64,000 nt of DNA from NCBI RefSeq assembly GCF_009834535.1, contig NC_045696.1, positions 115,756,001-115,820,000 of the forward strand, written 5' to 3'. The position numbers were made by a program, and so were the translations under genes. Shown in pieces: positions 11,394 to 24,294 of the stretch. This DNA is from Camelus ferus. Taxonomy: Eukaryota. The notes beneath the pieces were generated by a model. The model worked only from the letters and a program-made list of their open reading frames with translations, searched no databases and had not been told where the DNA came from. Numbering within the stretch: the first letter of the stretch is position 1; each line of letters starts with the position of its first letter.

Positions 11394-12189
11394 AACCCTC
11401 TCTCACCCAGGAAGGCAGCTTACACCTGCTGTTCCTTATCTGCACACACCAGGAAGGCCGCTTTAAGCCAGGGGACAAGGCCTGTGAGCATTGCCAAGCT
11501 TGAAGATTCAAACGACTGCTCTGTGTTCCAGCCTGCTGTGTGTGGCCCTGTTCCTAGATTCTCCAGCCCAAATTTCATCCAGTTATCCTATATCTCAGTC
11601 CTAAACCCGAGCACTCCTGCCTAGACATTCTTTTTTTCTTTGTTTTGTTTGTTTTGTTTGTTTTTGCTTTGTTGTTTGGTTGGTTGGTTTTTTTAGATAT
11701 TCTAGCAAATGCTTCAGCTCACACCTTTCTGTTTCACCTTTTGGATATCAGCCTCGGCCCCATACCTGGTCCACATCCCTCAGCAGTCACGTGCCAGTGC
11801 CTTTGCTAGTTCTAAACTTTGATGATGCCCTAGCATTTGACATCAAGCCCCGACTCTCATTTTTGCTCCACCTTCAGATCCATGACAACCACGTGTCCCT
11901 TTTCATGGAGAAGGAACTCCTGGTAAAATCTCTCACTACCTTTAAAACTGCACTGCTCGTCTTAAGTTAGTGTTTCAAATGTAGATTTCAAATTTTCAGG
12001 CCATAAGCCATCACACGGTACTGACCAATCAGAGAAGCCCATTACTTTATGTCTCATCAAAGATGTATCAACCAAGCGCCTTTCTGTATTAGGAGAAAAC
12101 CAGAGTGGCTCGGTCACAAGCAAACATTACTGAGAATTTATCATGAGTCAGTAAGTGTGATCATCTGGAAGTCCTCCAAGGGAATAATA

Positions 12190-12445
12190 AAAATAGCAGT
12201 AAGGGACCTTTATTGAGCACTGACTGCATACCAGGTATTCTGGGAGTATTTTAATTGTGTTCATTTACGGTATTATGCAAATGTATCATATATGGGGTTA
12301 TTTTATTATTATTATATTATTATTATTATTATTATTAATTTCCACATTATACTGAGGCACAAAAAGTTTCATAAGTGATTTGTCTTAGATTATCCAGCTA
12401 AGAAATAGCCAAATCAGGATTTTAGCTCTAACCTCAATGCCAGAG
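12190..12445 (-). mobile_element. MIR SINE with internal (TTA)n
   Basis: TTTATTGAGCACTGACTGCATACCAGG...ACTGAGGCACAAAAAG...AAGTGATTTGTC, the antisense MIR core. Confidence 0.75.
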
Positions 12446-15049
12446 ATTATTTTTTAGGCTAGTGGGGAAGAGAGCCATGCTAAGTAAAATACAGTAGTAA
12501 AGGCACGACTATCCAAGCATCAATAAGTTAAGAAGGGGATTCCAGAAAGCACAATTAACTGCCCGAGGAGAGAAAGGAGCACGGATGGGAGTTGGCTTCA
12601 TGGGGGAAAGAGATGATTGCGTTAGGTACGGGAAGATAAGGAGAATCTGAACAAGGCGAGGAAGGCAGTGTCATTCCAGGCAGAGAAAATGGACTGAACA
12701 AGATTAGGAATATGGCTGTGAGAAGGTATGATAAGGCAGCGATGTTTTCTCATTTCCCAGAAAAATCTGCATTTGAATCTTAGATCTCCGGGTAGGGCTT
12801 TCCAGTATCAGCCAGGAAAGAAATGTGTGCAGATAAAACATCTCGCATCTTGTCCTTCCCTCTGGCTCACCACGGGGTTGTGGGGAAGGGCCTGGCATGA
12901 GGAAAGAAGTGAGGAAAGAAATAGCAGAACTCAGGATTCAAGGATGGAGCAGCCTGGGACCCTGGTATGAGGATAATTTGACCATCTCAAATCTAAAGTT
13001 TCTATCGAGTAAAATGATATCAGATAAGGAGCTCCATTTTATTAATTTTTTTTTTTTTTTTAGAATCCTTTGCCTAGTAAGACAGGAGATATCACACGCA
13101 GCACGCTGTAAGCCTCCATCCGATTGCTGCCCCCCCGCTGAGATCCTCCCATTTTTCCCTCATCATGTCTTTCAATTTCCATGACCTGGTGGCTTTGTCA
13201 GGCTCTCCCTACGTCATCCTGTAACTTTTCAGGCTATTCATGTGCAGAGCCACCCAGAGAAAGGCCATGATATCCATTTCTGGGAAATGGCTAATCCTGA
13301 CTCCATTTCTCTAAGTGGCCTATTTCAGTAAATTACTATCTGGATTCTCTGAGATGATGGCTGTGACAGCCATCCTGCACCACTGGCCCAGTTTGGCCCT
13401 ACCCGGCTATAAGCCACCGATAGCTTTGTGCTGGCTGATCTGTGAAACTGGTAATTCTTCCGTCTCTCCCTGGAGCTAGCCACAGCCCACTGGAGCGCCT
13501 TTGTCAGTCTTTGACTCACAAAATCATCTGCTTTCCTTGCTCATTGCATCAAATTCTTTGCTGTGGAATATTTTGGAGCTCACCGTTTATCTTTCATTAA
13601 GATCTGGTTTCATATTTTGCCACTTCTCGCTTTGAAAGGCGACTGTTCTCTTTTGCTAATACAGCAAGGTCAAAGTGCTTATGAACACGGTAGCGCCTGA
13701 CCCACAGCAGCTAGAACCCCCTCAAAGGAGAATTATCAGAGCACAAAGAGTTCGAAACCAAGAAAAACAAAGAGTGACAAGAAAAATGAATGACTGATGT
13801 TCAGTTTACAGCAAATCTATACATGAGGGCAAATTTATCTATAGAATATATGACATAATCCATTGATTTCCTATTCTCCTATTCTTGGTCATCTTTTCAT
13901 TTTTTTAATCATGTTTTTAAGACCATAGTTTACGTTTTATTGTATTTAAATTTCCTTTTCAGTGATAAGTTCTCAACACGTATTTTATTTTATCAATAAT
14001 CGTAAAGCTTCCATGAAAAGGCAATATTATGGGATATGACACCCTTTTGCCACATGCTCCTTAGGTGAGACACAAGGAGAGTTTCACTCCCTGAACAGAC
14101 TTATCTCTGGGTTCCCGGCAGTCTTCTGCTGAAGTCCTTAGCGGTATTTTGTGGCTTCGTCTCAACATTTTAGTTATTTTCTCTTCTTTCTACTTTCACA
14201 CTGGCCAATTTACTAGAAGCTGAGAAGCTATTGCTAATAGTGCCCTAAATTTGGGGGCAGCCTTACAAAATTCTTGTCCATCCCTCCTTCCTCGCAGAAT
14301 GAAACTGATTGAAGAAACTGAGGCTAATGGTGACACGGCTAACAGATGACAGAGCTAACGCTTTGTGCTCCAAATTTTTGACCTCTGGCCAGAGTCTTTT
14401 TCCCATCAGAAAGGGAGGAAATAATGGATATAAAGATTCAAAAGGCAGACGTTGAAATAAGAAGTAGAGAAAATCTTATAGGAGTTTAAAATAGGACTAT
14501 TACTACAACCTATGTCTTTAAAACCTGTTTCACCCTTATTCTTAAGTTTTTCTTAGATTTTTTCATTTATTGTATTAAGGACTTTGATTTTCATTATAGA
14601 CTGATACAGAATCCTAACATTTTGATACAAGCAACAAAAAACACAATAATTAAAATATGTTTAAAAATAAAATGGCCACACGGACATGTACATATTGGCT
14701 TCACAAAGACTAAAAGGAAACAGTGAAAGATTTTGGCCATTTTTTCAAAATGGTTTTCATCCTAGTATTAATTTTTGTTGGTCCTCTGAATTTCCTTTCT
14801 CCTCTTTTCTCCACCAATCCCCACCCCCCTCCCTTTTCCAGAGAATCAGTCTTGATGATAAATAGAAGTAAAAGTGAGTAAGAGTTAGGAATAATATTGG
14901 TTTTCTGCAAAGGATTTCTTTACTATAAGTCTCTGGTCATATCCTCAGCCTGAGATGCTGAGATTTACGTTTTTGATATAAAAAGATTTTGGGACCCAGA
15001 ACTGAGAAGATGGTGGCTGTATTCAAAGACAACAGAATGAAACTCATGG

Positions 15050-16330
15050 AGATTCATTTTTTGCCAATGAAAGTCCACTTGCTCCAAAGCTACTTATTGA
15101 CTTGTGCTCCTTTGTCAAAAATTAAGTGGTCATACTTGTGTGGGCGCATGTCCGCACTCTGTTCTGTTTCGTTGATCTATACGTCTGCCCTTTTCCAGTT
15201 ATTTGAAATATAGTTGTGACCACTGCTGCTGTATTATAAGCTTTAACATTGGGAAAGTGACCACTCTTTCTACTTTTCTACTTTCTTCTTTTTCAAAGTT
15301 GTTTTGGCTATTCTAGGGACTTATTATTTCCATATAAATTTCAGAATAAACTTGTCTATGTCTACAAAGAAACTTTCTGAGATTTTGATAGGAATTATAT
15401 CAAACCTGTGGATGCATTTAGGAAGAATTAAGATTGTGCTGCTAACACTAAGTCTTCTAATCTGAAATATGATTTGTCATTCAAAGATTTAAGGTCCGTT
15501 TTCATTTCTTTTATCAGCATTGTATAATTTTCAGCATATAAATCCTGACATGCACTGTTAGATTTATGACTATTTTATTTTCTTTGGAGAAATCGTAAGT
15601 GATATTATTGCGTTTTAAAATTTGGTTTCCACTTGTTCATTATCAGTATATACAGAATATACAGATGCAATTGATTTCTTGTGTGTTGCTCTTGTATCTT
15701 GTGTTTTTACGACAGCTGCTTTCGGTCTTGTCAGACAATTCCAGCATTGATTTAATTCAGTATTGATTGTTTTTCTCATTCAGATTATGGCTTTCCTGGT
15801 CTTTGGTATGACATATGATTTTCTGTTTTATTCTGGACACTTTGACTTTATATAAAGAGACTCTTACTCTTACTTAAATCTGTTTTAGCTGACATTTGCC
15901 CTTTTAGGTTCGGTGGGTGGATTCTGGCTTACTTTTGTGGGGTTTCGCTTCCACTGACAGTTTAGTTTGTAGAGCCCCTGCAGTGCTGTTTCAGTCTGCT
16001 CTGTTCTTCTGGTGCTGCTGGGGGTCCTGATCAATCCCTGCTGGTGTCGTTTATGGGGACAGAGCACACCTGGTACGGCGCGGCTCCTCTGTGGGGGTGG
16101 GTTGGAGGGCAGAATCGGTTGGGCATGAGTCTTATTCTGTGCGATGGAGGGCAGGTGAGTGCGGGTCTCTGGGATGCTCTCCCTGTTGGGAGGCCAGTCT
16201 GGCTGCAGGTGCCCTAGTTGTGAAGTGAGGGCTGAGATGGCCCAAGGTATTGCTAAGTTCTGTGGATCAAACTGCTGCCAGGACCCGGTGAGACCGGGAT
16301 GGCTCCTCACACCCTTTTTTCAGCATAAAA
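15050..16330 (-). mobile_element. Old L1 (L1MC/MD-like): ORF2 segment joined to ORF1-start/5' UTR segment
   Basis: 15050-15710 is antisense ORF2 (TTTCCATATAAATTTCAGAATAAACTTGTCTATGTCTACAAA). 15710-16330 resembles an L1MD-type 5' region (TTGTCAGACAATTCCAGCAT...TTTCCTGGTCTTTGGTATGAC). Confidence 0.65.
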
Positions 16331-16352
16331 CAGGCACAAGGACAGCAGAGAA

Positions 16353-16540
16353 CATTGGTTCTCAAAGCGCGGTCCCTGGACCAGTGGCGTCTGCGTCAAC
16401 TGGAACCTGGTAGGAAATGCAGGGGAAGGTTCTGATGAAGACCTGCGCTATCAGAAACTCTGGGGGAGGGGGGACCAGAAACATGTGTTTTGCACGGGCC
16501 CTCCAGGTGTTTCTGATGACATAAAGTTTGAGAACCAATG
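16353..16540 (+). mobile_element. MER5A hAT-Charlie MITE
   Basis: Perfect 14-bp TIRs CATTGGTTCTCAAA / TTTGAGAACCAATG, internal CAGAAACTCTGGGG..GCCCTCCAGGTG. The 8-bp flanks GCAGAGAA/GCGTAGAC are degenerate. Confidence 0.9.
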
Positions 16541-16854
16541 GCGTAGACATGGGGCAGGGGGTTTAGTGCCTCCCTTCTGTTCCTCACGGGAACATCCCCA
16601 GCATGGTCTTAAAAGTAGAATGAGAACCTGCCAAGTGCTAGAATCCCACAACACAGTGGTTCATGTATGTTTAGGCTGTGCATCCAAGCTGGGAAGGGGT
16701 CCGTTAGCAATCGGAAACAACCAATGAGACATACTAGCACATGAGATAATAATTCCCCCATCCAAAAGCCACTGTGCCTTATTTTTTATTCGTCGCCTCT
16801 GTTCTTTCATCCTAAATATTCTTTTATAACATAGTGTTTTTATGATTTTTTGAG

Positions 16855-17050
16855 AGGCAAGATAGTGTATCGGATAAGAATAAACAGTCTAGAACCAAAC
16901 TTCTTGGGTTCAAATCCAGCCTCTGTCATGGGTTAATTGTGACACTGTGCAGTTAACGTTGTAGAGTTCTGTAAGGCTAGATAAGAATTAAATGAGAAAA
17001 TACACGTAAAAAAGCGTAGATCAGCACTCCATAAATGATGGCTATTAGCT
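16855..17050 (+). mobile_element. MIR SINE
   Basis: CTTGGGTTCAAATCCAGCCTCTGTCA...ATTAAATGAGAAAATACACGTAAA. Confidence 0.7.
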
Positions 17051-18224
17051 CCCCAACCAATATCGCCATCCATTATCCGCCAACCATATATTTGCTTTAA
17101 ATTTCGTTTCTAGTAATGAAGACAGGTACATGTGATTTTAGCCACTCTCCTCTCACATTCCCCATCTTTTCCCACAGGTAAAGTCAGGATATTAGTTTGA
17201 ATTAGAGGCATGCATTCTGGTCATGAGACCCAGTTAAGCTAATTTACAGAACAATGATGAAATCCATGGCTACAACCTGATTAGTATACTATGCTAACTG
17301 AATTAGTCAGCTCCACAGAGTTTGGGATATATATTTTTTCTATATATGTCTTGTCACTGAGAATGTTTTATCAGTGGAACTGCTTATAGATCTGATAACC
17401 AAAGGAGAATATAAGTTTCTTAAGACGAAGTACAATGCCTTACACAAAGTTGTATTCCAGGCACCACCACAGTGAACGGTTTCCAACTTACAATAGGAAC
17501 TCAGAAAATTGTCTGTGGAGCTGAACCTTTGAAGAAACTTTGATGGCATTCAACCATTTAAAGCCAGTGAATCCTTTTTGGTTTTTACCTGTGATACTCC
17601 TTTCTGGCCTTTCTGATTTATAAAGAACCTAAGAACATTATGAATTGATGTCTGAAGAGTCTTTTTAAATTCTTAAACCCCACTCAATCCATCATGCCAG
17701 ACGCCCTGTTACCTCCTTCCATAACCCCCGTGTTTAAGCTTTGAGGGTTTTCACCATCTTACATTACTTGCCCTCTAGGACATCTTCTCTTCTCCAGAAT
17801 CCCCCAGTGCTTCACCATTTGTTCCAGTCCCCTGTTCCAAAATACAGACTTCCCTGTATCTTCTCTCGTTTGTGTCCAGCTCTGTCATCTCTTGAAAGTT
17901 ACTCAAACTCTGCATGCTCTCTGTCTCCATAGCGGAGCATAAGTGCCTATGTGAGTGTTTCGGTTAGAGGGGTTTAATGGGTGGTTGTCATCCTGTTTCA
18001 TAACTTATCTTCCTCTGTTCACATAATATGCTGTCCCCTCGATGATCTTCTTCACCATTTCTCTCCCTGCTACCAAAGGCATCTCGTCAGGATCCTTAGT
18101 GTAAACACACAAGGGTCTTGAGTTCCCCCTCCCTTACTCTTACTCATCTCCCATGCTGGCACCCTACTCGCTCTGACACTGCCCATCAAGTACCAAGTGT
18201 GATTCCTTATTCAGAAAGTTTTTC

Positions 18225-18480
18225 CACCAGGGGGTGGGGGAAGAGGGTGGGAAGGGATAAATTGGAAGTCTGAGATTTGCAAATATTAACTACTATATAT
18301 AAAATAGGTAAAAAAACAATTTTTTTCTGTAGAGCACAGGGAACTATATTTAATATCTTAATAGTAACCTATAATGAAAATGAATATAAAATAAAAATAT
18401 ATATACATGTCTGAAACATTGTGCTGTACACCAGAAATTGACACACAGTAACTGACTATACTTCAATTAAAAAAAGAATA
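18225..18480 (+). mobile_element. Short camelid-type L1 3' end inserted into an L2 remnant
   Basis: GGGTGGGAAGGGATAAATTGG...CTGACTATACTTCAATTAAAAAAA. TSD AGAAAGTTT(T/C)TC at 18213-18224 and 18481-18492. Confidence 0.9.
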
Positions 18481-19625
18481 AGAAAGTTTCTCTATGTTGG
18501 ATGCTGCAGATCTTCTTTGAGTCCTCAGTTCACAGACCAACCCCCCCCCCCCGACTTTAGAAATTTTTTTCTCAACTTTCAGATAAAATGAATCACTCTT
18601 ACCCTCGCCCTTCCAGGTAACTTTTCTGGGCTTCTGTCACCTCATTTGTCACACTGTCACTTATTTGTTTCCATGTCTTTTTCCGCTGGTAGGAGACAGC
18701 CCTTGTGTCTTATTCAATTCTAGATTCCCTGCACTTAACACAGTTCAATGCAAATTTTAAAAAATTTAATTGAATGATCTCTTCAAGGATTGCCTTTATA
18801 AATAATATATTTCAGAAGCTTCTTGAAAGGATTTTTCAAGTTGTTTACTTCTATTAACCCGTTCCCTGAAAGGGAAATTTGCATGTAGGTGGTAAGTTTT
18901 TAAAAATTCATAAATCAAAATTAAGATTGTTGAAATACACAAAAAGAAGTTGTGACTATATTTACAAATGCACATATTTCCTTAGAACTAGGTGCAAACA
19001 GAAAGCAGCAGGACCCCTGACTCTGTGACATCATTAGTGCTGGTGGTACCACGGCACCCGAAAGGCTTTGGGAGTCTCATTCATGTGAGAAAACTTCCTT
19101 CAAGGTGATTTCACCAGCCACATTTCAGGCATAGATTTATTCTCACTTTCAGATTGGCTTCACAGGGGCCAGGAAGTTCTATCTGTCAAACTTTTATTTC
19201 TCTTCCAATACAGTCTCCAAAATTATTTTTCTTATTACAAAGGTAACATGGCCTTATTTCACAAAAATAAAAAATACAATCACAAAAAATATAAAAAAAC
19301 AAGCAAGCACATTGCCACAGATCAGGAGACAGCTGCTCTCAACACCTTGGTATGTAGACATTTTGAGGGGGGAAATGGTTCTATTCTGCCACAGTGCATA
19401 CCACCACTTACTGAGCACTTACCCCATGCTGAACTTTCTACTTAATCGGCCCAGAGTCAGCTCATCTCCTTCTGGCTCTTACAGTTTTTGCTGGACTGAA
19501 CTGAATTCCCATACTAGGGCCCAGAACTGTGTTACACCCTCTTCTTCATTTTCATGAATTTTAGAGAAATTGATCCTGTGCCTTTGCAGGCTGTTCTAGT
19601 TTTCATCTCTTATCAGTTCAATACA

Positions 19626-19896
19626 ATGTCTGTGAGTCTGTTTTCTAGATGAGTTTATTAGTGTCCTCCTTTTTTTTTTTTAAATTCCACGTATGAGCAG
19701 TATCCTATGGTATTTTTCTTTATCTTTCTGGCTTACTTCATTTAGGATGACAATCTCCAGGTCTATCCATGTTGCTGCAAGTGGCATTATTTTATTCTTT
19801 TTTATGGCTGAGTAGTATTCCACTGTATATACATACCACAACTTCTTTATCCAGTCATCTGTCAATGGAATTTAGGTTGCTCCCATGTCTTGGCTA
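19626..19896 (-). mobile_element. Young L1 ORF2 C-terminal fragment lacking the 3' terminus
   Basis: ORF 19680-19865 (TDDWIKKLWYVYTVEYYSAIKKNKIMPLAATWIDLEIVILNEVSQ) is the L1 ORF2 C-terminus. Confidence 0.9.
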
Positions 19897-20139
19897 ATTT
19901 TAAAATGTATTTAGAAATCAAAACTGTGTATGATCACCTCCACAGCTACCATCCTGGTTTGAGACCCCATTACTTCTCTCCTAAAGGACTACAAAAGCTT
20001 CTGACCATACTTTCTGCCTCTTTCCTGGCTACCCCATAGGCTATTTTTACTACACCAGCCATACTGTTTCCAAAACCTCTCAATGTCTCAAATGTCTAAT
20101 TCACACAGATAATAACAATAAAAAAGTCTCTAAAATAGT

Positions 20140-20670
20140 TAAGGAGAATATGAACACTGGTAGGACATTTGGTAACACCGTGATCTTCATCTTTAGGTGT
20201 AGTAATGGTTTTGTGGTGATGCTTCAGACAACGAAGGCCTTATCTCTTCAGGATATTACTAAAATATTTACAAGTCAAATGACATATCTTGAATCTGCTT
20301 TAAAATAATCAGAGTTTGAGGGTCTGAGCAGGGATATGGATGAAATAAAACTGGCCATTTATCAATAGACATTTTAGCTGGATGAAAAAGCTCAATTGTG
20401 CTAGTCTCGCTACTTTTATTTATTTATATTTTCAATTATTTTTTGAGTGAATCTGCCTTACTTTATTCATTCTGTTGTTTATGGACATTTGAGTGACTCC
20501 CAGTGTTTTTTGTTTGTTTGGTTTTTGGTTTTGGTTTTTTTTTTAATGAAGTATATGAAGTATAGTCAGATTACAACGTGTCAGTTTCTAGTGTACAGCA
20601 TAACGTTTCAGTGATACGTACACATACCTTTGTCCAATGTGTTTGAAAACTTCTATAATAAAAAATAATC
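20140..20670 (+). mobile_element. Ancient L1 (L1ME4/MC5-like) 3' end, interrupted by a minus-strand camelid L1 3' tip (~20505-20632)
   Basis: CTTATCTCTTCAGGATATTACTAAAATATTTACA..ATGAAATAAAACTGGCCAT, resuming as TGTGTTTGAAAACTTCTATAATAAAAA. The inner piece is TTTTAATGAAGTATAG..GTGTACAGCATAA. Confidence 0.6.
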
Positions 20671-20689
20671 CTCTAATGACTCTCCTTTT

Positions 20690-21185
20690 CACTTTGAGTA
20701 AAAGCTACACTCCCTACCTGACTGGCCCTCCACTTTTCTCTCTGACTTCATTCCTGCTGGTCTTCAAATTCCTCCCTCCACTCCAGCCTCTCTGCTGTTC
20801 AACAGACATGTTTGGCACATTTCCACCTTAGGCTCTGTGCTCTAAATCTTCTATGTGCTTGTTTCTTCCATCAAAACTCCTTTGACTCTTTGCTCAGATA
20901 TCACCATCTCCATGAGCCCTATCTTGACTACCATATTTAATAATGCAATTTGTCCCTCAATGCCCCCAAACTCCCAGTCCTCTCACAAGTTTGTCCTTTT
21001 CTTCTCCATACCACTCATAACCTCTTAATATTCTTTGCAGTGTATTCATTGTTATGTTTATTATGCGTTGAAAGTTTCCCTCTACTCAGATGTCAACTCC
21101 CCAAGCAGTGGTCTTTGTATGTTTTTGTTCTAATATGTGGAACACGGTAGGAGTTCAACAACTGTTTGTTAAATGAATGAATCAA
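20690..21185 (+). mobile_element. L2 3' end
   Basis: Pyrimidine-rich L2 body ending GGTAGGAGTTCAACAACTGTTTGTTAAATGAATGAAT. Confidence 0.65.
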
Positions 21186-22344
21186 CAAGCTGTAGCTGGC
21201 AGAGCACAGATTCAAACCAAAGTGGTGGCTTCCAAAGCCAGTGTTCTCAACAGCTGTGCTCTTGTACCAAGTCTGTAGGTTGTAAATGATCACTTGTGAA
21301 AATGTCTCAAGTGAGTGGCCAGGAAAGTAAACCTCTACAAAATTCTTTATCATCGAGTGGCCAGTAAGAAGGGTAGAACATTGCATCTCCATATTTAAGT
21401 ATAAAAGTAATTTTAAAGTTGGTTTTTTGTGATGCAGTATATGAGTGTTACGTCTTTTCTATCAACCCCACAGTTAGAACATCCCCCCATACGCAGCCTG
21501 CATGGCCAAACCAGGCCTTCCTCCTTCAGTCTTGAAGAGATTGCTGGTGTTCCTGGCAATAACATTTCAATGAAAACCAAACCCTCAATCTAATATTCTT
21601 GGCTTCAAGGAGGAGTCCATTGATTTTGCTTCTTAAAACTTCTCTCCAGTGTTTGAAATAGAATATGTGAGCAATTCGTTCTGCCTTGCCATGAAGAACA
21701 CTCTCCACTTAAAGACATTTGACAATCAGGCAACTGGAGCCCAGGATCTTACCTCTTATGTCACTTCCTCAAATCCCTGTCTATACTTCCAACTCAACGT
21801 GTTAAAAATAAAACTCATTATCTCTCCACCGTTCACATCATCCACTTCTCCTGTGACTTCATTTCTGAGAATGACATCACTAGTCTTACAGCCAACTACT
21901 TGCCTCAAAGGCTCAAGTCACTTTTGACTTTCCTTATTATCCTCATTGTCCCATTAGCTGTCACATCCAATAGCATCAACTCCAGCAAAGCTTCTGACCT
22001 GCAATTTTCTTTATGTCATTTTTTTTTTTCTACTTTCATCCTTGTTAATCACTGTCTATCATTTAGGCATCAGCAATTCTCTCCTGCCTGAATTCCCAGT
22101 GTGGCATCTGTCCTACACACTCGGCCAAAGGATTCTTACTAAAGTCAAACCTTAGCTCTGTTATTCTCTTGCTCAAAACACTTTGGGATAATTGTCCTCA
22201 TCATTTGGGGATGGCTCAGGAAACTGTATATGTCTACATTCAAATTAACATTTTGTTTCATTTTTGAGCCTGGGAGCACATCCATAGGCTTAACTGTCAG
22301 TGAACTGCTTGTAAGATTTTATACAGTGTACCCCCAATAGGCAG

Positions 22345-22740
22345 CTCCAGCTAGATCAGTCAGCTCTGACTGTGAAATAAATTACTCCAATGTGCAACAA
22401 CCGAGAAAAATAAGCATCTATTTACCTCACTCACAGGCCTGTGAGTCAGGTGGGGTAGCTTTTCTTCAGGTGGGGGTTCGGTTGGCCTTGATTCAGGCTG
22501 TGCATTGGGTCCAGATCTGTTAAATGTGTCTCTCATCCTTAGAAGAAAAGCTACCATTGGGGCTTTATGGCAAGAGGCAAGCCAAACTGTGTGAGCACAT
22601 GCAAACCTTCAGCTTTGCTTACATCTGATCATGTTCCACTTGCCAAAGAAAACTCCAGGGCTGAGTCCTAAGTCCAAGGTCTGGGTAGAGAAGCGTACTC
22701 CAACACGAGAGAAGGGGCAGTATTCGAACACCTCCGTGTA
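22345..22740 (-). mobile_element. MLT1J-like MaLR LTR
   Basis: AATAAGCATCTATTTACCTCAC..GGGTCCAGATCTG..TGTGTCTCTCATCC..CACTTGCCAAAG, the antisense MLT1 pattern. Confidence 0.65.
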
Positions 22741-23080
22741 TCGCAGCAGCCTGATTTCTTTACCACCCCCTCTAATGACTGATGACCGCTGGTAATAGAA
22801 ATGACTTTAACGATGATGGTGACCATGAATCAATATTATTGTAACTAGTTGTAATCATAACCAAGATGATCATGTTTGAGGTGATTTTGGCCTGTATCTA
22901 GCTGGATGCTATTTGCGTATATCCAGTTACTCAGAATGACAAGTTACTTTTCATCAGACAAGTCCCATGATTTCTCTTATGTTTTGTTCATTCTGTTTCA
23001 TTTACCCAGTATGATTTCTTTCAACTTTTATTACTTTCTGAGGTTTTCGTTTTCTTTTTTGTTGTCATTTTGTTTTTATT

Positions 23081-23220
23081 GGGGGGGGTAATTAGGTTTG
23101 TTTGTTTGTTTGTTTGTTTGTTTGTTTATTTATTTATTTATTTAATGGAGGTACTGGGGATTGAACCCAGGACTTCTCACATGCTAAGCATGTGCTCTCC
23201 CACTGAACTATATCCTCCCC
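23081..23220 (-). mobile_element. Camelid tRNA-Ala-derived SINE (vic-1 type)
   Basis: GGGGGGGTAATTAGG(TTTG)n(TTTA)nATGGAGGTACTGGGGATTGAACCCAGGAC...CACTGAACTATATCCTCCCC. Confidence 0.92.
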
Positions 23221-24294
23221 TCTATCACTTTCAAATCTTATCCATTTTCAGTGATCTATTGAAAATGTTATCTTTTCTATGGAGTCTATTCTGATTTAAC
23301 TGAGATCTACCCAAATTAAAACTTCGGAACAAATTAAAAAAAATTCATGACATTTTAATTCTGTTCCATCTTGGCCAGTTTGTGTTCTTATTCTCCCTCT
23401 AAGAATGAAGCTCACTGAAGGTGGTACACCTGTCATGGTCCTCCTTGTATCTCCCACTGGGCCTTAATAATGACACACACTAGGCATTGTCTACAACAGT
23501 CAGCTACAGGCACAATGCTGCCAGAACCAGAAGCCCCTTTCCACAGCAGCCTCGTGGATCTCTGTGTGACTTTGAAAGAGTCACGTAACCTCTCAGTGCC
23601 TCATTTGCTCCAGCTGTAAAAATCAGGAGACCAGTGGTTATCCTCAGGCTGCCTAATGATTCAGAGGCATTGTTAAGGATTAATGAGATAGAATAAAGCT
23701 CTCTGAGTCCTCTAAGGAAAGGTACGATAGAGGAACAAATGAGTTATTATTGCCTATTACTAGTACCTTGCATGAAATTCTCCCCAACCCCGAAAATAAA
23801 TTAGATAATTTTGGAAGAACAATTAACTCTTTCGGTCCATTAGGAAAATGAATTAGTACATTAAATTTAATAATAAGATCTTCCATATTCCATTTACAAA
23901 GTGCTCTCATAAATACATTATCTAATTTCACCTTCACACACACACAAAAAATCTCATGGAATGAGCCAAGTGAGTATTGTTATCTAAAATCTACCCATGA
24001 GGAAAGTGAGGCTCAGGAAGATTAAATGGCTGTGCAAGCTTGAACAATTAGTTAATGATAAAATGAAAACTTGTGGTCATTTTTACTGTAAAGTCAGGAC
24101 CCATTTCACTTTACACACAAGTATGAATTCAATGTGTAAAAAATGTTCTGCATTGTCGGTAATCCCAGAAATGCAAATAAAAATAGCCATCTATAAACAT
24201 TAGCTTTTTTTTTTTCAAAGTTGAACTTTTGAAAGGTAGACTGGATGGTTTGATATAATGTTGGTGGTAAGCTAAAATAAGATGCTAAATGTCA

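Noticed and set aside
14669..14743. Inverted 10-mer AAAATGGCCA / TGGCCATTTT (YY1-like)
   Set aside because: A short match in AT-rich DNA with no pairing of the interior; compatible with chance.
15885..16727. Cluster of overlapping ORFs up to 141 aa in a GC-richer patch
   Set aside because: It falls in an old L1 5' region and MER5A, with no recognisable protein similarity or splice structure.
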